DNA from: Clostridia bacterium
GTDB taxonomy: Bacteria > Patescibacteriota > Microgenomatia > UM-FILTER-40-11
Assembly: GCA_035529915.1 (NCBI GenBank)
Contig: DATKVU010000025.1
Span: 1 to 58,689, forward strand
Reading direction: 5' to 3'
Length of the DNA: 58,689 nt
Under the pieces are notes generated by a model that was not told where the DNA came from, did no database searches, and worked only from the letters and a program-made list of their open reading frames with translations. Positions 18,137-26,293 of the stretch are shown here, piece after piece. A program made the translations under genes and the position numbers. Position 1 is the stretch's first letter, and every line of letters begins with the position of its first letter.

Positions 18137-20152
18137 TTAAATTACTCGGTAGATTAAAGCTTCTTCGTTTTCAAAGACTTTTCTAATCCCGTTTTGTTTT
18201 TCCAAAAGAGGACTTTTCAGCTCATCTTTGCGAACGTAAATATAACTTATCTTCTTATCCTTTAAAAAGGCTCTTCCCAAAAGCAGGTTGGTTTGGTCAA
18301 AAAAACTTCTCATTTGTTTCAAGTCCTCTTCGGTTTTATAACCGGTAATCATCAGCTGTTCTTCGCCGGTTAGATAGGCATACCGATTGGAAAAAACGAA
18401 AATATAGGCCGTACTATACCAGGCAGAAATCGGCCAAGGTTGCTTAGGATATCGCCATTCGCCGTCCCCGACAAAAGGTTTACTTAAAACAACCTCTTCA
18501 GGGGTAGAATTATTCTTAAGCCAGCCTAAAGCCTCTTCTTCCGCCGGAGTAACTTTCGATAAGGGGCCTTTGCCCGGTCCATAAAAATCAAAAAAATTAC
18601 CGATCACCGTCGGAACAGCTAAAATTATTACCAAAGTTGAAATTGCCAGTCTAACTGACCGGCTCTTCAACTTTCCTAAAAGAGCCACCGTCGTTGCGGC
18701 TGCCAATATGCCTAAAAAATGAAGATAAATTTGAATAAACTGAATCAGGTTATAGATAATTCCCCTCTGCACAAAAAGAAGCACAAACCCCACCGAAAAC
18801 AAGAGAGAAGAGGCAATAAAGATATCAACACCATCTATTTTCTTAAGCCACCCCCTACCGACATTTTTGATCAATTCCCAAAAGCCAATAATCCTCATTC
18901 CCGAATTGCCAATAATAAAGATGGCGATCGCCTCTAGTTCTAACTGAACCACCCGCAGGAGGCTATGCCAGGAATTTTTCCAAAGATAATGCTGCCGCCT
19001 TAACTCCCAATCAACGTTGCCAAGTTTACTAACCATCATTGTTCTGGTAAACCAAAGTGGCTCAAAAATTAAAAACGAGCCGGCGGTTGGACTGATCAAC
19101 TTTAAAAGGCCAAAATTGCTCGCTGCTAGGAAAACCCCAGAGGCTAGGAGACCTATTTTTCTCTCGCGCCACCAAAGATACAAACCACTCATTCCCAAAG
19201 CAAAGACGGCCACTACTCCCGAAGAAACTTTTACTACCGCCAGTCCATAACCCAAAAACGCGATTAGATAAAGCCAGAAATTCTCTTTAGTTTTTATCCA
19301 AAGTTCGAGTACAAACAAGATGGTAGTTAATAAAATTATTCCTAAAGCATACGGTGGATTGCCTAAAATAGTATTACCCTGAGAAGCCCAAAAAGTGGTT
19401 TCTCCGCTTAAGGGAAACCGATGATTAAGAATCGAGACGATATAGCCAAAACTGCCGCAAGCATAAGTAAAGAAAACTGACCAATAACCAACTCTTTGAT
19501 TCCATCTTTTTTTGGCAAAACAAAAAACACTCAAACTAATCAAAAACGACAGTAAGATCGGGAAAAAGCGAAAATAAAGGTCTAAGGAACCTAAAAAGGG
19601 AAAAAGGCGATAGAATTCTCCCATAAAAATATTGCTCGCGTAGTGATAGTTCAAGAGCGGCTGATTGGCATATAAGGGATTATTGGGGGGGAAGTGCCTG
19701 GCGATCTCCTGCATTACCGCCACATGCCACAATCCATCATGGCCATGAGCACTCCAGAAATAATAACCTCCGGGGTACCGAAAACCACTGGGGAAATTTA
19801 TCATCCCCTGAACAAATATCCCTAAAATAATGAGCCCGATTAAAATTTTGTTTTTAAGCAAAGACAACAAAGGAGAGAGGATGCTTTTAAACGAACTTTT
19901 TCTTAAGAGAAGGAAGTCGATTCCCGCTATTAGCGGCAAAGACAAAAATCTTAGCTTTAAAACGCCCAGCAGAACTGCCGCAGAGGAAAATAGAACTATA
20001 CCTAAAACAAAAGAGAGAAGGCTTTCTGCTTCTGGCTCCAGCTCCCCCCCCCTCTTTCCCAAAAGAAACATTCCGGGAAGAAAGAGAACTAAAATGGCAA
20101 GGGGGGAAAAAAATAGCAATTTTATGATAGTGAAAGCTAACGCTTGGATCAT
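18137..20152 (-). CDS. large polytopic membrane protein, unassigned GHDGxWH family (putative GT-C)
   Basis: 671 aa. External-loop box SAHGHDGLWHVAVMQEIARHFPPNNP parallels GPNGHDGIWHLALINQLAK of 45289-47010. C-terminal soluble region ending ISYIYVRKDE...ALIYRVI parallels IAYLYLVKGQ...VKIFKIN. Confidence 0.55.
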   Translation of the reverse strand: MIQALAFTIIKLLFFSPLAILVLFLPGMFLLGKRGGELEPEAESLLSFVLGIVLFSSAAVLLGVLKLRFLSLPLIAGIDFLLLRKSSFKSILSPLLSLLKNKILIGLIILGIFVQGMINFPSGFRYPGGYYFWSAHGHDGLWHVAVMQEIARHFPPNNPLYANQPLLNYHYASNIFMGEFYRLFPFLGSLDLYFRFFPILLSFLISLSVFCFAKKRWNQRVGYWSVFFTYACGSFGYIVSILNHRFPLSGETTFWASQGNTILGNPPYALGIILLTTILFVLELWIKTKENFWLYLIAFLGYGLAVVKVSSGVVAVFALGMSGLYLWWRERKIGLLASGVFLAASNFGLLKLISPTAGSFLIFEPLWFTRTMMVSKLGNVDWELRRQHYLWKNSWHSLLRVVQLELEAIAIFIIGNSGMRIIGFWELIKNVGRGWLKKIDGVDIFIASSLLFSVGFVLLFVQRGIIYNLIQFIQIYLHFLGILAAATTVALLGKLKSRSVRLAISTLVIILAVPTVIGNFFDFYGPGKGPLSKVTPAEEEALGWLKNNSTPEEVVLSKPFVGDGEWRYPKQPWPISAWYSTAYIFVFSNRYAYLTGEEQLMITGYKTEEDLKQMRSFFDQTNLLLGRAFLKDKKISYIYVRKDELKSPLLEKQNGIRKVFENEEALIYRVI
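20044..20052. repeat. C9 homopolymer (G9 on the coding strand) at codons 34-36 of the 671-aa membrane protein
   Basis: Read directly: gctccccccc cct. Encodes K-R-G-G-E (AAG AGG GGG GGG GAG). Longest G/C run I found in the window. Confidence 0.9.
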
Positions 20153-20162
20153 CTCTCGGTTT

Positions 20163-21827
20163 TTACCAAATACTAGTTTTTACCAAATAAAACATTGGCA
20201 TCTTATTATATAACGATACCACTTTAACAATCTGGGAAGAAGGGATTTCTTGGGGCGAAAGCTGCCAAAAGCTGGCCACGAGAAGAGTATTCTTAAGATG
20301 TCTATCCTCCGGCCAATAAACATTGCGAAAGACAAAGTTTTCAAAGCCAAATTCTCCCCGGCCCAGGCGAGCTTTTTGAATAACCGCCGGCTCCACTTTA
20401 CCGTAGACTAAAAGGTAAGCAAAAGGAATTCCAGTAATATTTTTGGCCTCCACTCCAAAATCCGGATCAATAATAATTTGATCATAGTTATCCTTGTTCT
20501 GCCAAAGATATAAAGACACCTCTTTCATCCCATACATCCAATAATGAGAATAGTGAACCGGGCAATGGACATAATAAAGGTCGAGATAACCATAGATATT
20601 GCTCAGACCAAACATTATGATTGCCAGAGAAATGGCCATTTGGTAAACAGACCGAATCTTCGTTCCACGAAGCCATTGAATGAAATACCAAGCTCCCACT
20701 GCCACCAGAATCTGCGGTATCGGGACAAGAGTTAGACTTCTTGAAGTGTGCTGAGAATTATTGGCCAAAGAGGCTGAAAGTGGACCTAGAAGAGCCCAAA
20801 TGAAAACTAACCTTTTACTTCCTTTTTCAATTTTCATTTTGTTTACCAAGACAACTGCCCCCAAAACAAAGAAGGGCAATTCGATTAAATACATCAAGCC
20901 AACATCGGGAAACTTAGGGTGAGTAAAACTCATCCCCTTAAAAAAGAGGAAAGAAAAATCGCTATATTCCAAATAGCGCTTTATCCAAAAGGAAAATGCA
21001 TTAGTTGCCTTTCCGTTCAAAATCATCTCGACAAAACTGGGCTTCTCCCATTGAGAAATCTTCTCCCACCGTAAAGTCCTTAGCTCATAATCGTTAGTAA
21101 TAAAAACTGATTTTGGTCTTATTAGCCCCTTAGAGGAAAAAATCATGTGGACCATGGGCAACGAGAGAATAACTGCCACCATCAAGGCCATCAAGGCGTT
21201 CTTTTTACTAGTCCAAATCTCCTTCCTATATACTAAAAGGAGAGAAACCAGAAATACCGGGACAAATATTCTTTCAGAATGATAAGAATAAATTGAGAGA
21301 CAAAAAAATATCCCGGATAGCCACCAAAACTTACCTTTATTTTTCAGACTGCCGATAAACACCAAACAACCTAAGAGGAAAAAAAGTAGGGCAATTATTG
21401 CCTCGTGGGTCAGTCGAGAATATTGAATATGCCAAGGAGAAATTGCCAAGAGAAAAGCACCAATCAAGGCAATTCGCTTATTATTAAGAAGTAAATTAAC
21501 CAGGGAATAGACGACCAAAGGAGTCAAACTACCCAAAAGCGCAACCGTAAAACGAATACTAAACTCACTTAAACCAAGAAATTTGATTGCCGGGATCATT
21601 AAATAAACTAAGATCGGCGCTTTGTAATCACCGACTGACTTAAACGCGAGTGGCAAAAACTCTCCCCAATGATCCTTGGCGGTTTTCAAAATTGAATAGC
21701 TATCATAACCAATAATCACTTCGTCAATGCTGAGGGAAACCGGGTAAGAAGAAAGTTTCCAGAAACGCAAGAAAAAGGAAACCAGGAGGATAATTAAGAC
21801 CATCAAAACTGTCGTTCTTCTCTTCAT
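20163..21827 (-). CDS. PMT_2/ArnT-like GT-C glycosyltransferase, family 1 paralogue
   Basis: 554 aa with SLSIDEVIIGYDSYSILKTAKDHWGEFLP, LLAISPWHIQYSRLTHE and FLFFKGMSFTHPKFPDVGLMY. C-terminal WMYGMKEVSLYL... Confidence 0.8.
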   Translation of the reverse strand: MKRRTTVLMVLIILLVSFFLRFWKLSSYPVSLSIDEVIIGYDSYSILKTAKDHWGEFLPLAFKSVGDYKAPILVYLMIPAIKFLGLSEFSIRFTVALLGSLTPLVVYSLVNLLLNNKRIALIGAFLLAISPWHIQYSRLTHEAIIALLFFLLGCLVFIGSLKNKGKFWWLSGIFFCLSIYSYHSERIFVPVFLVSLLLVYRKEIWTSKKNALMALMVAVILSLPMVHMIFSSKGLIRPKSVFITNDYELRTLRWEKISQWEKPSFVEMILNGKATNAFSFWIKRYLEYSDFSFLFFKGMSFTHPKFPDVGLMYLIELPFFVLGAVVLVNKMKIEKGSKRLVFIWALLGPLSASLANNSQHTSRSLTLVPIPQILVAVGAWYFIQWLRGTKIRSVYQMAISLAIIMFGLSNIYGYLDLYYVHCPVHYSHYWMYGMKEVSLYLWQNKDNYDQIIIDPDFGVEAKNITGIPFAYLLVYGKVEPAVIQKARLGRGEFGFENFVFRNVYWPEDRHLKNTLLVASFWQLSPQEIPSSQIVKVVSLYNKMPMFYLVKTSIW

Positions 21828-23107
21828 TTTGACATCATTAAGGAAAAATAAAGTTTTTGATTAGGCAATAATTCTGAACGGCGAAAATCGTCAAAGATTT
21901 TAAAGTAGCTAATAAGAAGGTTTATTCCTAAGAAAAACAAGAAAACTTTCCACCAAAAGGGTTTTTTGCCCAACTGGACAATTCCCAAGGCAACATAAAA
22001 AGCAATCGGGAAAAGAGCCAAGACAAAGGCGTCCTGATTAAAAGCTGAAGCCAAAAGCGAAGAAGAAATTCCTCCCAAAAACAAAAGCCCGAGCCAGACA
22101 AAAGCTTTCTTTGGAGGCAAAAAATTAAATGACTTTAAAAGCCCCCAGACAAAGAAGGGCGCGAAGACCAATAACATTGGCCCGTTAGCAATTAAGGTAG
22201 AAAATCCCCCACTCTCCACTAAAGAAAATATCCTAGCTAAACTGTATTGCCCCCAAAAGTTAGCCAGCCAAAAAATAAAAAAATAAAGCTTATTAAAAAG
22301 AATTCTCCCCAGTAAAGGATAGCCAAAATTTTGTTCAATTCCCCGGGAAGCATTAATGGCATTGATAAAGCCGATATCGTTAAAAAAACCCGATGTTCTT
22401 TTCAAAACCAAAAAGTTGTTTGAACGCAGTAAGAAAAAAGTGGCTAGAAGAGTTAAGAAAACCAGCAAAAAGGAAAAAGACCTTAGGGGAAGCTTCTTTT
22501 TTTCTTGGAAAATCAAAAAAATGGCCAGTAACAAAAGAAAAAGAGATGGCAAAAATAAATAAAGACTAGAAAAAAGAGCTCCGGCAATCAGAGAAAAAAT
22601 TAGTAAAATTGACAACCACCCACCATTTCGGCGACGCCACACCAAGTAAAAAGCGGCTAGAAAAAGGGGTAAGCCTAAACCCGAGGGAGAAAAAAACCGA
22701 CCCAAGAAAACCAGCTGGGGGGTGAAGGCAAGAATCAAAAGAAAAATTTCCCCCAATCCCTTCCTTTCTTCCTTCTCTGCCCTAACCAGCCGATAAGTTA
22801 TCAATAAAGTAAGACAACTAAAGATCAGAGTTGATAGTCGACCCCAGTAAATAATTGACTGAGGGCCGGCAGTTCCCAAAAAATGAGGTAATCGAAAAAA
22901 CCAAGCTGAGAGCGGCAAAAAACAATCCCCCTCATTCTCACAAATAGTCACTGCCTTATCTGAAAGATGATTAAGAAATAAGGCTTCATCCTGGCTCAAA
23001 CCAAAGTAAGGATTAAACAAACCAACCGCCCGTAAACCAAAAGAAACCCCTAATAGTGCTCCCAGCCATATTTTTAATTTAGACGGTCTCTTCCCCCGGT
23101 TTTTCAT
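21824..23107 (-). CDS. divergent family 1-like membrane protein lacking the C-terminal soluble domain
   Basis: 427 aa multi-TM. Loop 1 FGLSQDEALFLNHLSD; later FSLVESGGFSTLIANGPMLLVFAPFFVWGLL aligns with the family 1 second-loop/helix box. ATGA overlap at 21824-21827 and a 1-nt TAATG junction at 23107. Confidence 0.6.
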   Translation of the reverse strand: MKNRGKRPSKLKIWLGALLGVSFGLRAVGLFNPYFGLSQDEALFLNHLSDKAVTICENEGDCFLPLSAWFFRLPHFLGTAGPQSIIYWGRLSTLIFSCLTLLITYRLVRAEKEERKGLGEIFLLILAFTPQLVFLGRFFSPSGLGLPLFLAAFYLVWRRRNGGWLSILLIFSLIAGALFSSLYLFLPSLFLLLLAIFLIFQEKKKLPLRSFSFLLVFLTLLATFFLLRSNNFLVLKRTSGFFNDIGFINAINASRGIEQNFGYPLLGRILFNKLYFFIFWLANFWGQYSLARIFSLVESGGFSTLIANGPMLLVFAPFFVWGLLKSFNFLPPKKAFVWLGLLFLGGISSSLLASAFNQDAFVLALFPIAFYVALGIVQLGKKPFWWKVFLFFLGINLLISYFKIFDDFRRSELLPNQKLYFSLMMSK

Positions 23108-24567
23108 TATTTATTGACCCTAATAAAGGGCTGAAGCAAATTAACTTTAGCGGGCAAGGCGCACTGATCAGTATGGTCGCAAAGAAGGTTAAATCTTCCC
23201 TTTATAACCCAAGTGTTGAAAAAAACTCCAAAAGCAAAAGCAATAATAATCGCCCAGCGCGAAAATTTAACCAAAATTTTCTTTTTATAAAGTATGGCTA
23301 GAATGGACGGCAGTAGTAAAACAAAAAAGGCTAAGCGATAAAACTTAACATTAATAAAAAAGTTAACTCTCCAAAAGGGATTTTCCAGCAAATCAGCATT
23401 AGCCATAAACAAAGGAATAAAAATCGCACTTTTAACAAAACTGGGGTTAAAAACTAAATCTTTAACTAGTAAAGCAATGGCAATACTCATAAAAGGATAA
23501 ACAGGATAACGATACCAAGTAAGCTGGTCGTGCCGCCCACCGGAAATTATTACTGTCAGAATGGTGAAAACAAAGGAAAAAAGGATCAGCTCTTCGCCTT
23601 CGTCCCGTTTTTTGAAAATCAAATAGACCAAACTGAAGAAACCAATAACCAAAAAACCATCTAGAAAAACTTCAACGCTAAAACCTGGATTGGCAATAAA
23701 GTAAGTCAAACTGCTCCATCCCGCCGGCCGGAGAGATTGATACTCCAAAACCCTTAAAAAAAGTTCCTTTCCAAAATAAAAACCATACCAAAAATAGGGG
23801 ACAAAGAATAAAATCGCTCCGATGACCCCCGCCAAAATTCCTTCTTTCCAACTTTTCTTTTTCCAAAGCCAGAAAGCCAAGAAGGGAACCAGGAGAAAAC
23901 CGGTGGGCTTAAAAAGCCCGGTAATCCCTGCCAAAAGAATGGCCAGGTCTCTCTGCCAACCCTTTTGGGTCTCAAAGTAACTGAGCAGTAAAAATAAGAC
24001 CCCTAAATAGCCAAGGGCGATTAGATTTTCCGGAACGACCAACCTCGAGCCAAAAACCATAATCGGAACCGTTCCGTAAACAAGAAGGGACAAAATGCCC
24101 AGCCAATAACCAAAAAGTTTCTTTGCCAGCAAATAAACAAAAAGGAGACTAAAAAAAGAAATAGCCAGCATTGGCGCTCTAGTAATGTAAGTTGAAATTA
24201 TCGTAAAGTTCTCGGGACGGTAAAGTTTATAAAAGCTTCCCACTAACAAAGAAAACAAAGGGGGCTGGTCTAGCCAAGGACTAATTAATCTCACTCCTAG
24301 TTCTCCTTTTTGAGTCGGATTTTTGGCTACTCCCTCCCAGAAAATATTTTCTTTGGGATAAACCGGTAAATCGCTCCAAGTTATCGGCACACCCTTTTCG
24401 AGCAGTGAAAGCCCCTGCCAAACAAAGATATACTCTTCGGCGTTAGCGGTTAGGGGATAAAAAGGGTATTTCCAGAGCCTTAAGCCAAAGCCCAAGAAGA
24501 AGGTCAAAAGAAATAAAATGAATTGAAGCTTTCGGCTGCCCAGGAGAGCTTTAAATTTTCCTTCCAT
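23107..24567 (-). CDS. PMT/ArnT-like GT-C glycosyltransferase (singleton)
   Basis: 486 aa multi-TM. Loop 1 LTANAEEYIFVWQGLSLLEKGVP and ISPWLDQPPLFSLL (HPPL-like box of PMT/ArnT enzymes). Confidence 0.65.
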   Translation of the reverse strand: MEGKFKALLGSRKLQFILFLLTFFLGFGLRLWKYPFYPLTANAEEYIFVWQGLSLLEKGVPITWSDLPVYPKENIFWEGVAKNPTQKGELGVRLISPWLDQPPLFSLLVGSFYKLYRPENFTIISTYITRAPMLAISFFSLLFVYLLAKKLFGYWLGILSLLVYGTVPIMVFGSRLVVPENLIALGYLGVLFLLLSYFETQKGWQRDLAILLAGITGLFKPTGFLLVPFLAFWLWKKKSWKEGILAGVIGAILFFVPYFWYGFYFGKELFLRVLEYQSLRPAGWSSLTYFIANPGFSVEVFLDGFLVIGFFSLVYLIFKKRDEGEELILFSFVFTILTVIISGGRHDQLTWYRYPVYPFMSIAIALLVKDLVFNPSFVKSAIFIPLFMANADLLENPFWRVNFFINVKFYRLAFFVLLLPSILAILYKKKILVKFSRWAIIIAFAFGVFFNTWVIKGRFNLLCDHTDQCALPAKVNLLQPFIRVNK

Positions 24568-24575
24568 CTACAACA

Positions 24576-24584
24576 ATAATATCA
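24576..24584 (-). promoter_or_regulatory. extended -10-like element TGATATTAT 8 nt upstream of ATG 24567
   Basis: Minus strand reads GGCACT TGA TATTAT TGTTGTAG ATG. The TG comes from the upstream stop codon. The spacing would give a leaderless or near-leaderless transcript. Confidence 0.2.
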
Positions 24585-25409
24585 AGTGCCTGCTTTAAAG
24601 AAAAGCCTTCTTAGCTTCTGGCCACTCCAGATAATCCCGGTGATTAAATAGTGAGTCAATAAACCATAGTAAATCTTGCTGCTGGGAACCAGCCGCCGCC
24701 ACTGCTCTTCGACGGCTGCCAGCTTTCTGCCGCTGGCTCCGTGTTCATGAATTATTTCTGCCGTTGGCAGGTAGTAAACCTTAAAGCCAGCTTTCCTGGC
24801 CCGGCGGCAATAATCCAAATCTTCAAAATACATAAAATAGCGCTCATCCAAAAGCCCAATTTTTTCAATAATTTTCCAGGAAATCAACATCGCTCCACCG
24901 GACACTGCCCCCACTTCTTGAGGCTCACTTCCGGCAGGAGCATATTTTGAAAAATATCCTTTCTTACCCAACCAATATTCCAAAACGGCTCTTTTAATAC
25001 TAGGCAGGTGAAAAACTGACGGCTGAACACTGCTGTCAGGATTAATTAATCTGGCGCCAATTATCGCCGGGCCAACCTCCTTTTCAAACTCTAAAAGTTT
25101 TCCCAAACTTCCCTTAGTCAGTCGAGTATCAGAGTTAAGCAGCAACCGTGCTTCACCCTGAGTCTGACGAAGACCCTGATTAACAGCGGTAGCAAAACCT
25201 AAATTTTTCTCGTTTTGGATTAGCTTGACCCGAGGGAAATCCTTTTTGACCATCTCGGACGAACCGTCCGTCGAAGCGTTATCCACCACCACGACTTCCA
25301 CCACTATTTCCTTCAACCTTCCCACCTCTTCTTTAATGCTCTTCAGACAAGCTCGCAGTAAGTCTACAGTATTCCAAGAAACAATAATAATGGAAAGCTT
25401 CTCTTTCAT
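24582..25409 (-). CDS. family 2 glycosyltransferase (WbbL/rhamnosyltransferase-like subgroup)
   Basis: 275 aa with LSIIIVSWNTVDLLRACLKSI, VVVVDNASTDGS, NLGFATAVNQG, LLNSDTRL and YFMYFEDLDYCRRARKAGFKV. Confidence 0.8.
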   Translation of the reverse strand: MKEKLSIIIVSWNTVDLLRACLKSIKEEVGRLKEIVVEVVVVDNASTDGSSEMVKKDFPRVKLIQNEKNLGFATAVNQGLRQTQGEARLLLNSDTRLTKGSLGKLLEFEKEVGPAIIGARLINPDSSVQPSVFHLPSIKRAVLEYWLGKKGYFSKYAPAGSEPQEVGAVSGGAMLISWKIIEKIGLLDERYFMYFEDLDYCRRARKAGFKVYYLPTAEIIHEHGASGRKLAAVEEQWRRLVPSSKIYYGLLTHYLITGIIWSGQKLRRLFFKAGT

Positions 25410-26293
25410 TCTTGCTTAAAAAAATTAAATATCTCCGAATCGGTTACCTCTTGCTCCTCCTTCTCTATCTTTCTTCTGGGAAGAACCTGGTTTATTTTCA
25501 TCAATGACCCTAAAAACGGCCGCCAAAATCCAGGTTTGGCTAATCTCGCCGATAAATTCCGCCGATGCTCGGCAAGCATTTCTTTGTCGGTAATATTCTT
25601 CCAAATGAAAAAAAGCTGGTTTCTTTGAGAAATATAATTAACATAGGTCCGCGAAAAGTGTCGGCCGATAATCGATTCATGCTGGTGGTACGCGACCGCC
25701 TTTGGTTCCCAAAGGATTTTCCATCCTCGTTTCCAAGCCCGATATGAAAGATCAATATCTTCCCAATAAAAAGGCCGAAAAAGCTCGTCAAACCCCCCCA
25801 GCTTAAGCCACATTGATTTTCGAAAAAGCGCGCTCCCTCCATTGGCCCAACCGCTAATGTGAGTTTTATCGGTTCTTTCACCCAACTCGTGTTCAAAAAA
25901 ACCATTTCTCCAGCTGATTCTGGCCCAACTGTTTTGCGGCTCATTAAAAGAAACGGCAAAAACCTCCGGCGAGTGAAAATGGTCCTTAACTTTTTCCAAG
26001 AAGCCCTTCTCGGGCACGACATCCAAATTGAGAAGAGCCACTAAATGGCCCTTGGCCGCCGCTACCCCCGTATTGCAGGCCGCTCCAAAACCCAAATTTT
26101 TCCGATGGCTAATAACTTTTACTCGGGGAAAATTCGCTTTCAAGAAAAGATTACTTTGGTCTGGAGAATTATCGTCAACCACAATAATTTCCGCCGCTCC
26201 GCTAGCCTCGATGACTATCGGCAAGTTTTTTTCCAATAATTTCTGGCCATTCCAATTGGGAATGATTACCGAGAATTTTACTTCTTGTTCCAT
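25406..26293 (-). CDS. family 2 glycosyltransferase
   Basis: 295 aa with FSVIIPNWNGQKLLEKNLP, IIVVDDNSPD, NLGFGAACNTG, LLNLDVVP and FYWEDIDLSYRAWKRGWKI. ATG at 26293 overlaps the upstream gene by 16 nt. Confidence 0.8.
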   Translation of the reverse strand: MEQEVKFSVIIPNWNGQKLLEKNLPIVIEASGAAEIIVVDDNSPDQSNLFLKANFPRVKVISHRKNLGFGAACNTGVAAAKGHLVALLNLDVVPEKGFLEKVKDHFHSPEVFAVSFNEPQNSWARISWRNGFFEHELGERTDKTHISGWANGGSALFRKSMWLKLGGFDELFRPFYWEDIDLSYRAWKRGWKILWEPKAVAYHQHESIIGRHFSRTYVNYISQRNQLFFIWKNITDKEMLAEHRRNLSARLAKPGFWRPFLGSLMKINQVLPRRKIEKEEQEVTDSEIFNFFKQE

